Origin: Octopus sinensis | Taxonomy: Eukaryota | DNA length: 64,000 nt | NCBI RefSeq assembly: GCF_006345805.1 | Contig: NC_043001.1 | Location: 17,298,001 to 17,362,000 of the forward strand | Direction of reading: 5' to 3' | Part shown: piece by piece, positions 11,921 through 24,329 of the stretch | How the letters are laid out: each line of letters starts with the position of its first letter | Numbering within the stretch: the first letter of the stretch is position 1 | Notes under the pieces: model-generated | Told to the model about the DNA's origin: nothing | Databases searched by the model: none | The model's input: only the letters and a program-made list of their open reading frames with translations | Made by a program: the position numbers and the translations under genes

Positions 11921-12314
11921 TGATACCCAAGTCCAACCCCTCCTCAAAGCGGTAAGGTGGTGTAAACAGGCAGTGTCAGAGCTATGCCGTCGGGAACTTC
12001 GGTTCCTGGTAGGGCCACCCAAGGCGGATTGGTCTAGCACCGAGCGGTATTAGGGTCGCAGCCTGGCCAACGGGGATCTGGTGAAAATTCCAAGAGGCGT
12101 CTGATCGGCAACCGGCAGCTTCGAGGTCGTTCTGTCCCTGCGTCTGTGGAGAGTCCGCGGCAAACAGGGCGTCCCGTCACTCGGGATATGCATGCGGTCA
12201 GTCGGGGACCGCTTGTGAATTCAATATTCCCACGAAACTTCTTCTATGTGATGCCGTCAAGACCAGAGAAGAAGCCGGCTCAACCCGCCCAGGGTGAACG
12301 CCGTCACAAGTAAG
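11921..12314 (+). mobile_element. Non-coding RTE-tailed short element, copy 1 (degenerate ribozyme head)
   Basis: Inverted homolog of 19032-19356 with a near-identical 85-nt core (GTGTCAGAGCTATGCCGTCGGGAACTTCGGTTCCTGGTAGGGCCACCCAAGGCGGATTGGTC). Ends CACAAGTAAG. Confidence 0.75.
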
Positions 12315-12820
12315 TATAAGTAAAAAGGGCTACTTTGGAACCGTAGAGTTCTTGATAAAACCATATTGTAAGTACTCATCGATATGCTGTTGACGCTTCT
12401 TTCTCGCCGAGCCTACCATAAAAAGTTGGTGAGATGGAAAGCAAATTAGAAAACACTAAAGTGACTATTATATCTGCGTCCGTCGGTTAAAAGAGAGAAC
12501 ATCAAATTCAGACGAGCTCCATATATTCAGGGAACCACGCAAGCCAGTATCATAGTAACAAGGGTAAGAACTTCAGGGATGAATGAGAAATTATAAATCG
12601 ATGAACTAAAAGAGAGTTGGTTTTACGGCTTCACCGCTGTTATTGAGAAGAGTTCTTGTTGTCATGATGTACTGGATGCGTGATTTCCTGTTGTGAGAAC
12701 AGTCGCCAATCGAAGCAAAATATGTTGTATAGAAATTTGTTATTCTAAATTCAATTTATTCTTCAATTCGGATACAATTTATTCTTTAACTGGGAAACCA
12801 ATTCTGAATTTGTAATGCAA

Positions 12821-12885
<65 letters not shown>

Positions 12886-12943
12886 TACAAAATTTACCAC
12901 TTTTTTAAAAGGAGATAAATTCTACCACATATTTTGAAGGAAA

Positions 12944-13035
12944 TTATGTAAGAGCTTCTGGGTAAACAACATTCTTTGTTTTCTGGTTTGGAGCATAGAC
13001 AAATAAGTCTTGCAAATTACCAACCCCTTCTTGTA
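12944..13035 (-). pseudogene. Helitron helicase C-terminal remnant
   Basis: VGNLQDLFVYAPNQKTKNVVYPEAL-stop resembles the conserved end of Helitron PIF1-like helicases. Confidence 0.55.
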
Positions 13036-13477
13036 AACGGTACCCCATCATGACCGCAGACTCATGACTGAAAGAAGTAAAAGATAAGACATATACATAA
13101 TTATAATATATATCCCATATATTACGATTGTACAATATATCTACTCAATTACAACTGTTCTGTTGATGAATTCACCATGTTTTAAGATGATGAATATTTA
13201 AGCATAAACAATATCTTTTCACAAATGTTACATACATCAGGAATATACATTTATACGCATATGTATGTGTGTTAGTATATATATTTAGTATTCTTATTCA
13301 AGAATATTATTGACGGTGAAATTAGATTATTACTGTAAAATTGGTATCATAAATGTTATTATAACCGAACATTAAAATCATTGTATATATATATATATAT
13401 GTGTGTGTGTGCGTGTATACGTGATATATTTCATTCACAATGTGTATCTATTTATCTATCTCTATATAATAATAATA

Positions 13478-13519
<42 letters not shown>

Positions 13520-13598
13520 ATTATTATTATATTATTATTATTATTATTATTATTATATTATTATTATTATTTTATTATTATTATTATTATTATTATTA

Positions 13599-13637
<39 letters not shown>

Positions 13638-14304
13638 TATAATATATATATATATATATACATGTATGTATTATGTATGTATTGTGAATGAAATACATGT
13701 TTAAGAAGGGTTTCTCTCCAACGTCTAGAAACAGAATATATATCTTGTATCTCTTGAAATATATGTAAAACAGAGATAAGATGTGATAAGAAAATGCGTC
13801 GGAGGATGAATTATAAACAACCATTTCTGTATTACATTCGTATCCATCAGTAGGTATTTAGAGTATATGCGAAAGATATTACTTTTATATGACGTATGAG
13901 GGCGTAAACAAAAAAAAATTATATAGTGCCATCCTTGTAACAAATATAATACTATCTTTGTAATAAATATTACAAATGCAGGAGATCCTAGACAACCACC
14001 ATCCTTTTAAGAACTGAATAAATTTTTACTTAACAGTGCAATGACCTGGAATTTGACGTATGACGAACGACTTTGATGTCTTATAGTATTCTTTACATAT
14101 TATTACAAGATAATATTAAAATAAAAGATTGTATTCATATGGGAAGTGAACTAAGTAGCAGGATTTGTTTGGTGACTATCACAATCATTGGTGGAGAACG
14201 AGATGTTTTACATTGAAGCTTGACAGTCGCAGATCGTACCCTGAACAAGGCCTACGGAATCTTGGGCCTTATAGAAATTAACGGAAGAACCATCATGAGC
14301 AACA

Positions 14305-14456
14305 TACAAACCAAGGACGTTATATAGACCTCCTTGACTCAAGTTAGTGAAGAGGTGCGTATTATACACAAGGTTTAGGTTTTTCAGAGGTACAGCCCAC
14401 TAAAAATCCCCTGCGTATTATACCCAAGGGCGGACTATACTCGAGGATTTACGGTA
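14305..14456. mobile_element. pogo/Tigger-like MITE right end
   Basis: Ends GCGGACTATACTCGAGGATTTACGG|TA and matches the right end of 18047-18556. Confidence 0.75.
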
Positions 14457-14495
14457 TATATTATGGATGTAATTGTACGTGTGTAAAATTTAAGG

Positions 14496-15179
14496 ACATT
14501 TATTAAACGTTATTACTGTTATTTCTTTATTTTCTGCAAACAAAATGCACAAAAAAAGCTACACGTTTGCATTATGTTATATATACAATAATAATAAAGG
14601 ACGTTACCGTATACAGTTTTACAAACCAAGGACGTTATATAGACATCCTTGACTCAAGTTAGAGAAGGGGTGCGTATTATACACAAGGTTTAGGTTTTTC
14701 AGAGGTACAGCCCCCTAAAAAAAACCTCCATATTAAACTCAGGGGCGGACTATACTCGAGGATTTACGGTAAATCAGAAAACTCAACATAAAATATTCGC
14801 CTTAACGTCTTTACGATCTGCTGAGTAGCTCTTTTACCCGATATATTACGCACCATGCGGTTAAAGATAAATTAGTAAAATTCATTAGTCATTATTCATT
14901 TTGCCCCCACCACCTTTTGGACATCATTTCTTTTTTAACTGAAAATTATGAAATTAGACATTAGTGTGGGAAAAGAATAGCTTTGAATCCAACAGGGAAA
15001 AAATATTTACTGTTAAACACCAAAAATTGATCAGATATTTTATTAGCGGAAGAACCATCATGAACAACATAGAGCCTGCTGAGGAAATACCTAGATAGCT
15101 CTGGTTGAGGAAAGGTAATCGACTGGGATGAATTGAAGATCGGTTAGACGCAGGGCTAGGCTTGATCAACCTGGTTCTA
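14496..15179 (+). repeat. About 685-bp local duplication (MITE half plus flank), copy 1
   Basis: Near-identical to 18282-18964. The 71-aa ORFs at 14954 and 18740 are identical. Confidence 0.92.
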
Positions 15180-15253
15180 GTAACCTAGATCAGGATGTTT
15201 GTCGAAGACCCGAAAAACCCAGTGACCTAAGAATACAACCTTGAGGATGTATA

Positions 15254-15460
15254 TGAGGGGGTGCTGAAAAGTTCTTGGCTTTGAGTGAAAGAAAATACAG
15301 GAGGATCAGTTAATTATCCGACATATTCGCCTCTCAGATTCACGTACCTTTTGCAACGGTCCTTCAGTTTTTCTAGGCACTGTAAAAGATCTCGGAAGTT
15401 TGGGCTTCCATCCAAGCCTTTCACGAAACCCTTAAAGCCAGGAACTTCTGAGCATCTCCC
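15254..15460 (+). mobile_element. Mariner-like left end fragment
   Basis: TA followed by TGAGGGGGTGCTGAAAAGTTC, resembling mariner TIRs. No partner TIR found. Confidence 0.5.
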
Positions 15461-15924
15461 GTACATTTATAAACTTATGTTGGACTTATTTGTGTATTTT
15501 AATGTCGACGAACACCTCTATTTTGAGGCAATTGCTGTATAGCGACAGGGCATGTCGTTGAAAATTATCAGTGAATATTCTCTGAAACAGAGACATATCC
15601 ACCGCTTCCTAGACGATAAACAGGTGTAGTCAACGTTTGTCAGAATAATATTTCCATAGCTCGTCTTTTTGACCGAGCAGTAGCTCTGACACAAGCTTAA
15701 AACGTATGCCAGCTAGGTCGTCTGGTTACCTGAATGAGTAGATTTTTCTTAAATACGAATTTAATCCCAGACATGAAATCCAGTGAAACTAAATGTATTT
15801 TGTTGTCTCGTTATTTCTGATAAAACTCATATAGACACACATGCACACACAAAAACACACTTAGAGGGACAGATAAAAAGTATGTATGTAGATTTGTATG
15901 CATATATGTATATATGATACATGT

Positions 15925-16308
15925 ACAGGTGGCTGTGTGGTAAGTAGCTTGCTTACCAACCACATGGTTCCGGGTTCAGTCCCACTGCGTGGCACCTTGG
16001 GCAAGTGTCTTCTTCTATAGCCTCGGGCCGACCAAAGCCTTGTGAGTGGATTTGGCAGACGGAAACTGAAAAGAAGCCCGTCGTATATATGTATGTATTT
16101 ATATATATATGTATGTGTGTATATGTTTGTGTGTCTGTGTTTGTCCCCCCAACATCGCTTGACAACCGATGCTGGTGTGTTTACGTCCCCGTAACTTAGC
16201 GGTTCAGCAAAAGAGACCAATAGAATAAGTACTAGGCTTACAAAGAATAAGGCGGTGCTCCAGTATGGCCACTGTCAAATGGCTGAAACAAGTAAAAGAG
16301 TAAAAGAG
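15925..16308 (+). mobile_element. SINE family C (tRNA-like head, CORE-like GGCACCTTGGGCAAGTGTC, central microsatellite, (GTAAAAGA)n tail)
   Basis: Many dispersed copies in the window share the head GGCTGTGTGGTAAG...GGTTCAGTCCC and the tail. Confidence 0.9.
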
Positions 16309-16720
16309 TATACTTATACACAAGCACACACACACACATACACACACACACACATATTTATTTATATGTAATCATGTAAATATAACTGTATATGTATGTG
16401 TGTATATACATGCATACAATTTGCAGAAAAACCTAGAAAAATTTGGTTTCACGGGAAAAAAATCAAAAGTGGCACAGTGATGATCTGTAAGACGTTCAAG
16501 AAATTCTGCATGTGCGACTCTTATGTGAATAGATGCACACACTTCGGTGCATGCATCGACAGTTCAACAAACACACCAACTTAAGCACATATTTACAAAC
16601 ACCGGGAACCCTCTTCACTCATAAAGTTTTGTTGCTTTCTTAGCAACCCGCTCGAACTCTCTCAAGAAGAACTTATACATACATACATACATACATACAT
16701 ACATACATACATACATACAT

Positions 16721-16850
<130 letters not shown>

Positions 16851-16894
16851 GGATGGATAGACACACACATACACACACATATATGTGTATATAT

Positions 16895-17110
16895 GGGTAA
16901 GTCAAAAATTACTCTTTTACTTGTTTCAGTCATTTGACTGTGGCCATGCTGGAACACCGCCTTTAGTCGAACAAATCGACACCAGGACTTATTCTCTGTA
17001 AGCCTAGTATTTATTTTATGTTTCTTTTGCCGAACCGCTAAGTTACTGGGACGTAGACACACCTGTATCGGTTGTCAAGCAATGTTGGGGGAGCAAACAC
17101 AGACATACAA

Positions 17111-17170
<60 letters not shown>

Positions 17171-17223
17171 GTATGTGTGTTTGTCTGTCTGTCTGTATGT
17201 ATGTATGTATGTATGTATGTATG

Positions 17224-17257
<34 letters not shown>

Positions 17258-17590
17258 TGTATAAGTTCTTCTTGAGAGACTTCGAATCGGTTGCTAAAAA
17301 AGCAACAAAACCGATAGAATAAGTACTAGGCTTACAAAGAATAAGTCCTGGGGTCGATTTGCCCGACTAAAGGCGGTGCTCCAGTATGGCTGCCGTCAAA
17401 TGGCGAAACAAGTAAAAGAGAAAAGAGTATATATGACGGTCTTCTTTCAGTTTCCGTCTACCAAATCCACTCACAAAGCTTTGGTCGGCCTGAGGCTATA
17501 GTAGAAGACACTTGCCCAAGGTGCCATGCAGTGGGACTGAACACGAAACTATGTGGTTGGTAAGCAAGCTGCTTACCACACAGCCACTCC
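16895..17590 (-). mobile_element. SINE family C copy interrupted by an opposite-strand family C tail
   Basis: Minus head at 17432-17590, minus tail at 16895-17100, plus tail at about 17312-17427 between them. Confidence 0.75.
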
Positions 17591-18046
17591 AAAACAGGAA
17601 AAATTGTCGTACGTCAAAAAATGGTGGGCTAGTGAATGGATGGGTGTGTACAATGAGTGATATGTACTGCATTTTTGACTTTGAGGAAAAACATTTTTTT
17701 TTAATGTTCACTATTTTACAAAAACTATATCAGCTAAGCAAATGACCTTTTCTAGATACATTAAAGGCACTACACGATATTCAGAACACTATTTCAGAAA
17801 ATTATCACCGTTCTCTTTGAGCACATAAAAACAAATTTAGTTAGGGCAAAATGAGTAAGACAAGATAAAGTAAATTTGCTTCGATCATTCTCTAGAATTA
17901 CATTTGAAAACAGGCTCATACACATCAAAATCTGTCCTTAGACTTAATAAAGATTAGAAATGCAACAAAAATTTTAAATATCTAGGTCAAATCAAAGAGA
18001 ATTATGAAAAAATTGCATATGATATGAGGTTAACGAAACTTAACTA

Positions 18047-18556
18047 CCGTAAATCCTCGTGTATAATCCGCGTTTATTTCCCAAAATTTAAGGGTCAAAA
18101 TCCCTAGTGCGTACTATATACGAGGTTAAAAATGAAAATGATTTTCTAACCAATGTCCGAGTCTCTATTTGCTGTCCGGCAATGTTTATTCCGACGCATT
18201 TTGTGATGTAGGAAAATACCTTTAAGCTAAGCCTGAAAGCAATGAAGTCATAAAAGAATCATCCATAACTTGCAGTAAGCAACATTTATTAAACGTTATT
18301 ACTGTTATTTCTTCATTTTCTGCAAACAAAATGCACAAAAAAGCTACACGTTTGCATTATGTTATATATACAATATTAATAATAAAGGACGTTACCGTAT
18401 ACAGTTTTACAAACCAAGGACGTTATATAGACCTTCTTGACACAAGTTAGTGAAGGGGTGCGTATTATACACAAGGTTTAGGTTTTTCAGAGCTACAGCC
18501 CCTTAAAAACCCCTGTGTATTATACTCAAGGGCGGACTATACTCAAGGATTTACAG
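18047..18556. mobile_element. Complete pogo/Tigger-like MITE (510 bp)
   Basis: TA|CCGTAAATCCTCGTGTATAATCCGC ... GCGGACTATACTCAAGGATTTACAG|TA: imperfect TIRs with a TA TSD. Confidence 0.85.
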
Positions 18557-18964
18557 TAAATCAAAAAACTCAACATAAAATATTCGCCATAACGTCTTTA
18601 TGATCTGCTTAGTAGCTCTTTTACCGATATATTACGCACCATGCGGTTAAAGATAAATTAGTAAAATTCATTAGTCATTATTCATTTTGCCCCCACCACC
18701 TTTTGGACATCATTTCTTTTTTAACTGAAAATTATGAAATTAGACATTAGTGTGGGAAAAGAATAGCTTTGAATCCAACAGGGAAAAAATATTTACTGTT
18801 AAACACCAAAAATTGATCAGATATTTTATTAGCGGAAGAACCATCATGAACAACATAGAGCCTGCTGAGGAAATACCTAGATAGCTCTGGTTGAGGAAAG
18901 GTAATCGACTGGGATGAATTGAAGATCGGTTAGACGCAGGGCTAGGCTTGATCAACTTGGTTCT
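18282..18964 (+). repeat. About 685-bp local duplication, copy 2
   Basis: Near-identical to 14496-15179. Confidence 0.92.
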
Positions 18965-19031
18965 GGTTACCTAGTGTCAAAGCTGAGGAGAAATTTTCTT
19001 GAAAAAACAAATAGCAGTGTCACCTGACTAT

Positions 19032-19356
19032 TACTTGTACTTGTGGCGACATTCACCCTGGGCGGGTGGGAATATGGGGATTTCACAAGCAGTCCCCAAC
19101 AATCCCGCATGTAGAGACATCCTTTTGCCGCAGATTCTCCGCAGACACAGGGACAGAACGACCGAGGAGCCGCCGGTTGCCGAAACAGACACTCCGAGGA
19201 TTTTCTGCCGGGTTGTGCTCCTAATACCACTCGGTGTCAGACCAATCCGCCTTGGGTGGCCCTACCAGGAACCGAAGTTCCCGACGGCATAGCTCTGACA
19301 CTACCCGTTGCCAGCGTCCCCACCACGGTGAGGAGGGGATGGACTTTGGGGACGCT
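19032..19356 (-). mobile_element. Complete 325-bp non-coding retroelement: HDV-like 5' fold and (CAAGTA)2 tail
   Basis: TSD TCACCTGA(C/A)TAT at 19020-19031 and 19357-19368. Tail CAAGTACAAGTA on the minus strand. Homolog at 11921-12314. Confidence 0.8.
19240..19355 (-). ncRNA. Candidate HDV-like ribozyme
   Basis: P1 GCGTCCCC/GGGGACGC, L3 TCACCGT, P1.1 CA/TG, a cUUCGg hairpin in P4, J4/2 CCAA. P2 is bulged and P3 has a mismatch. Confidence 0.5.
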
Positions 19357-19556
19357 TCACCTGAATATGCTTCAAACTCTCACCAACAGCTTTGCTAACT
19401 AGTTTCTGCTTCCACAGATGATGCAACCGTACAAAATGGCGATACAATATTAGCATTGTAATAATTTCAAACGGATAGAGATGAAAAAACAATGAGAAAT
19501 CAGAATTACCTATTTCCCCCAGCTATCCATTTTGTTGTCCCCCTCCTATCTTAAAT

Positions 19557-19730
19557 TGACGTCAGTAAAAGTTTTAGATGGAAAAATAGGAGCGAAAGAT
19601 GAAGTTTCAAGCATGGCCCTTCTTCGGAAAGAGAAAAAAGTCCAGAGAAGAATAAAAGGAGGAACGAATATATCGTCCGGGAAAAAAGGACATGTGCTGT
19701 TACATGGCCGAAAATTAACTGACCGGAAGT
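19557..19730. promoter_or_regulatory. Possible cis-regulatory element (CRE plus ETS consensus)
   Basis: TGACGTCA at 19557-19564 and ACCGGAAGT at 19722-19730, in apparently non-repetitive sequence. Confidence 0.2.
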
Positions 19731-20201
19731 TAGAGAGAGGTAGAGAATGTGATTTTTGAAGGGAGGAGAGTGGGGAAAATGGCCACTGTGTGTTAGTGCA
19801 TGTGTGTATGAAAGTGTGTGTGTGTATGTGTGTGTGTATATGAATGTGTGTGGAATGTATATATTTATACGTAGTTTTCTATGTGTGTGTGTGGTGTGTG
19901 TGTGTGTGTGTGTGTGTGTGCATGTGCGTGCGAGTAGCGATAGCCTGTTTGTATAGTAGGGAGCGTTGCATGTGATGATAGTATATGTGTGCGTGTGTGT
20001 GTGTGTGTGTTTGTGTTTGCGTCTGTGCTTGCATGGATGAATGTGTCTGCATGGGTGAGTGTTGGAGCGCTATGATATGTAAACATGTGTGTGTTTTTTC
20101 TGTGTTTCCTCGTGTGTGTGTGTGTGTGCTTGTGTGTGTCTGTGTATATGTGCAGTAAATATGTATGTTGTGCGGGATGACGCAAATTATGTATGTATGT
20201 A

Positions 20202-20264
<63 letters not shown>

Positions 20265-20597
20265 TGCGTGCGTAATGTCTTTCATCGACTTCAGTTGGAG
20301 AGACCATAGACCACACAAAACAATACGCACTTATTGCCGAAATTACGCTGTATTTTCGGCAAATCCAACGCAAATGCTATTCAGGAATGTGCTTAAGTGT
20401 TTATTAACAGAAATAAACGCGGACAATGGCTTAAGTCTATGCGAAATGGATAAACGGAAAGATCAAACTTAAAGTATATCATATATAACAGATAGGCAAT
20501 TATCAGCGGAATTATGCGTGTGAATGTGTATGCGTGTGTGTGTGTGTGTGTATGTATGTGTGTGTAAACGTATGCATATATGGGTGCGTCTGCATGT

Positions 20598-20644
<47 letters not shown>

Positions 20645-20734
20645 TATACATATATATATACATATATATATATACCTATATATACATATACATATATATA
20701 CATATACATATATATACATATACATATATATACA

Positions 20735-20828
<94 letters not shown>

Positions 20829-20899
20829 AATATACAAAATAAGAAAATGGAGAAACATAAATATATATATATATATATTATATATATATAATATATATA

Positions 20900-20931
<32 letters not shown>

Positions 20932-21142
20932 GTATCAAATGGATGTCATATAAAACTGTTCTGCTCACGCAATAACAGCCATACCAACAATGCAACGCAT
21001 CCCCATCATCAGCAGCCACGCGGTTCACAAGCACACACATTCAGTGTAATAGATTCCATACTTGGTTCATGCTGCATATTTTAATTTTGATGTCTCTCTG
21101 ACAGTTTGTCTGTCTATCTGTCTTTCCCCCTCCCTCTCTCTC

Positions 21143-21173
<31 letters not shown>

Positions 21174-21210
21174 TTCTCTCTCTCTATATATATGTGTGTG
21201 CGTGTGTGTG

Positions 21211-21287
21211 TGTGGAGGCCCAGTGCTTAGGGCAGCGGACTCGCGGTCGTAGGATCGCGGTTTCGATTCCCAGACCGGGCGTTGTGA
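21211..21287 (+). mobile_element. SINE family B head only
   Basis: GTGGAGGCCCAGTGCTTAGGGCAGCGGACTCGCGG...GTTTCGATTCCCAGACCGGGCGTTGTG. Confidence 0.75.
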
Positions 21288-21374
21288 TAACAAAAGAATG
21301 AAAGAGACCTCGATATTATATAATTAGAGGAATTTATCTGTAAATGCAATATTTGACAATTATTCTGTAGCGTA

Positions 21375-21435
21375 GATAAAACTTCAAGTTTCGGATGCCG
21401 AGGTGGAAATCCACGCCTCCATCTCTTCAGTTATC
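21375..21435 (-). ncRNA. Type I hammerhead ribozyme, family H1, intact core (element about 21290-21445)
   Basis: Minus strand: GATAA CTGAAGA GATG GAGG..CCTC GG CATC C GAAA CTT G AAG TT TTATC. Confidence 0.8.
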
Positions 21436-21509
21436 AGGCCATCGGAAAAAGGCTAGCATTTTCCCGATGGAATGTAGGTGTGTGATCATCGTATTGACCA
21501 TGACAGAGA

Positions 21510-21928
21510 AAGTTGTCATGGCGATACCTGTCCAGAGGCCTACGCAAAGTTGCAGAAAGCATATGGAAAGGAGTGTGTGATTTGCACACGAGTTTACGAG
21601 TGGTTTAGACGTTTCCAAGATGGCCGTAAAAATGTCGATATTGACGAACGTTCTGAAAGACCTGCAGGCGTCGGAACTGAGAAAAAAATTCGCAGATCTG
21701 CGTGAAGCTATGAGGGGAAATCGTCCAGTCACCATCCGTAAATTATCAGGGGATGCGTAGACTAGTTACGGTTCAGTTCAGTCCATTATCACTGAAGATT
21801 TGAGTATGAGATGCGTGTCTGTCAAATTTTGTGCCAAAACTGCTTTCAGCTGACCAAAAAGACACTCGGGTTTCAGTTGCACAAAATCTCTTTGATTGTA
21901 TCGAGAACGATGAAAACTTTTTGAAAAT
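21510..21928 (+). pseudogene. Mariner transposase N-terminal remnant
   Basis: GDTCPEAYAKLQKAYG...VYEWFRRFQDGRKNVDIDERSERP, then ...TEDLSMRCVSVKF(V)PKLLSADQK..RV, with stops and frameshifts. Confidence 0.9.
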
Positions 21929-22200
21929 TTTGCGTACGCCTCTGAGCAGGTATCGCCAAGCTTTTGGCAAAATTTGATGCAAATTCTCTGCTCAACTTTC
22001 GCTGTCATGTTCAGTGCAACGATCCCACGCTACACACCTTCCTTCTAAGCACTGCTGTAAATAGCAGAATGAGCTAGAACTTAAAACCTGGTGTGTATGT
22101 GCAGCAGAGTTCACGGTCAATCTGTGCCGAGCGGCTTCGCTTTCTGTGATTTAACTTCGTTACAATGGCAACAGTCCGGATACTTATTGATTAGACCACA
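21928..22200 (-). mobile_element. Mariner left end (TIR to codon 27), inverted relative to the adjacent fragment
   Basis: TA|TGTGGTCTAATCAATAAGTATCCGGACT TIR-like end. ATG at 22008 gives MTAKVEQRICIKFCQKLGDTCSEAYAK. Confidence 0.85.
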
Positions 22201-22958
22201 TATATATTAAGTTTGATCGATGCATTTATCAATATCGCATTGACTTATATCATTATTCATATTTATATTTATCGACTACTCGAGCACGTCCGTGAATAAT
22301 ACGACCTTCGAATGAGCCGAAATCACGCTGTATTTCTCTATTAAGTGTGTATTATATTATGCGTAGTCTATGGTCTCTCTAGTTCTAGCACTTTGTGTGA
22401 TAATATGTCTAACAGACTGAATTTATTCCTGGGTGTACATAATACGATCGATAAATGCTTTTCATGTTTGAACAAAGCCTGGTTTCTTTTACTTCAGTCC
22501 AACATGGCCGACTAATATTGATTGAACGGAAGCAGATCGGACATATCTCCATCGATAAAATAAAACAGAAGGACGCAGACGTTTAGGGTAAACGGTTAAA
22601 AGAATTGGCGCGGTGAGTGTTATTTACTGATGTGTTATTCCATATTTGCATTGTGTTACAAATTTTAAGCTTCGTTTATGCACTTATCGATTTCTGATAG
22701 ATTTATGCTATAGCTCATAATTATACCTTTCAATAACAACTTCAGTTTCTTTCGTGTCTAATATTTGAACTGATTAGATGCAATATTTCTTTATTTCGGA
22801 TAATATCCGTTATTTTGTGTGTAAATTTATCATGAGTGTGTGTGTGTGTGCGCGCGCGCGCGCGCGCGTGTGTGTGTGTTGTGTGTGTGTGTGTGTTTGG
22901 CAGCAAGGGTGTGAAGGAAACCGTCTTGTTTTGTTTATCATACTTCAAATCTCAAGAA

Positions 22959-23232
22959 GTGGAGGCACATGGCCTAGTGGTTAGAGCAGCGGACTCGCGG
23001 TCGAGGGCTCGCGGGTTCGAATCTCAGACGGGGCGATGTGTGTGTTTATGAGCGAAACACCTAAGCTCCACGCGGCTCTGGCAGAAGGTAATGGCGAACT
23101 TCCGCTGACTCTTTAGCCACAACTTTCTCTCACTCTTTCCTCCTGCATCTTGCAGCTCACCTGCGACGGACCGGCGTCCCGTCCAGGTGGGGAACCTATA
23201 CGCCAAGGAAACCGGGAAACCGGCCCTAATGA
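22959..23232 (+). mobile_element. SINE family B
   Basis: A box TGGCCTAGTGG, B box GGTTCGAATCT. Near-identical to 34107-34417. Confidence 0.92.
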
Positions 23233-23719
23233 TCCAAAACAAATCTTAAGAAGCTCTTGAAAATCTTTTTGGTCCGAGATATTGTGATCATTTGTAGTGT
23301 ATGAATAAAGGGTTTGCCTTCTCTATCCAAAAACCCAAGTTTGGTCATTCTTTGCTCCAGACGGGTTGGTATGTAACCTGTTACTCCAATAATAATAAGC
23401 ATGGAGATGAAAGTATCTGTTAGGTACTAGATTAGCAAACTCCTTATCAAAGGCCCATAGATGTCCTATTACCCTTATGGGTGTCCAAAGAGCGGCTGAT
23501 TTCCACAACGGAACACGTTTTTTCCTTGTGGTCCCGCGTTTTAACTTGTTTTAGTTTTTAAGTTCCGCCAATATTCTTTTGGCTCATCAGTCTTAATCTA
23601 GTCATCTTCGTCTGTAAGTGTTTCCTCTACTTTGTTGTTGTTATCCATCCATTCATCCATCCATCCACCCATACATACATACATACATACATACATACAT
23701 ACATACATACATACATACA

Positions 23720-23750
<31 letters not shown>

Positions 23751-24329
23751 GCACGTATCTATGTACAAAATTTCGTTATCTATGTATGTTTGCGACTTAA
23801 TTCTTTTACTTTGAATTTCTGCCATTTTCAAACATCTCCATGAATGCTTTTAGTCTATCACATCGACACCAAAATGTATTTCAGTCTCTTATTTATTCCA
23901 TCAATACTGTTTGTTGAACCGTTACGTTACCAGGTATCACGAGACAACAATAACAGCACCAGTTTTTAGACCATTGATAACTTTTATATCCTTCTAATCG
24001 TTAGATATACAGATTTCACGAAGCGGGGATAGACACAACTGTCTTCACCTTTGTACTTCAACTAAACACGATACTTTAAGAAATACAAACTCTCAACGAC
24101 TCCTACGGCTTCCATGAACTCCCAAAGACTCCCACGACTTCTGATTTCTTTTATTGAGCACTCAGGCTCGTTAAAGACGGGACAATACAAGGACAGACAA
24201 CACAGCACAGTGAGGTACATAAATCATATAACGAACGACTTTAAATAATTGTAGGGCACTGAAGCACTTTCTAGTTCTGAGGAGAAATCCAGTCTTTGAG
24301 ATTCGATTCTAGCTATGTTAAGGATATAC

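Larger units (their letters stand above)
11035..12420 (-). pseudogene. hAT (Buster/Charlie-like) transposase fossil, N-terminal half, split by two insertions
   Basis: Segments read KKRQ..DEYLQYGFI (about 12315-12410), CHQSLFNETTKPSRL..KPIKY (11763-11920), SYKTAEII...HTVAE, LPLSNNSIRRGIDKM, IQMDKST, YVRYF, QEDLLF...TTG and CTTDGA..M.GRHKGF (11050-11600). Confidence 0.88.

Noticed and set aside
13800-13856. Minus-strand CTGATGG...GAAA
   Set aside because: A9 is altered, stem II is weak and there is no stem I partner.
15071-15102. AGAGC CTGCTGA GG..CC TAGATA GCTCT (also at about 18855)
   Set aside because: Stem I is present but there is no GAAA and the core A6 is altered.
21000-21015. Minus-strand CTGATGA
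   Set aside because: No stem II or GAAA follows; a chance heptamer.
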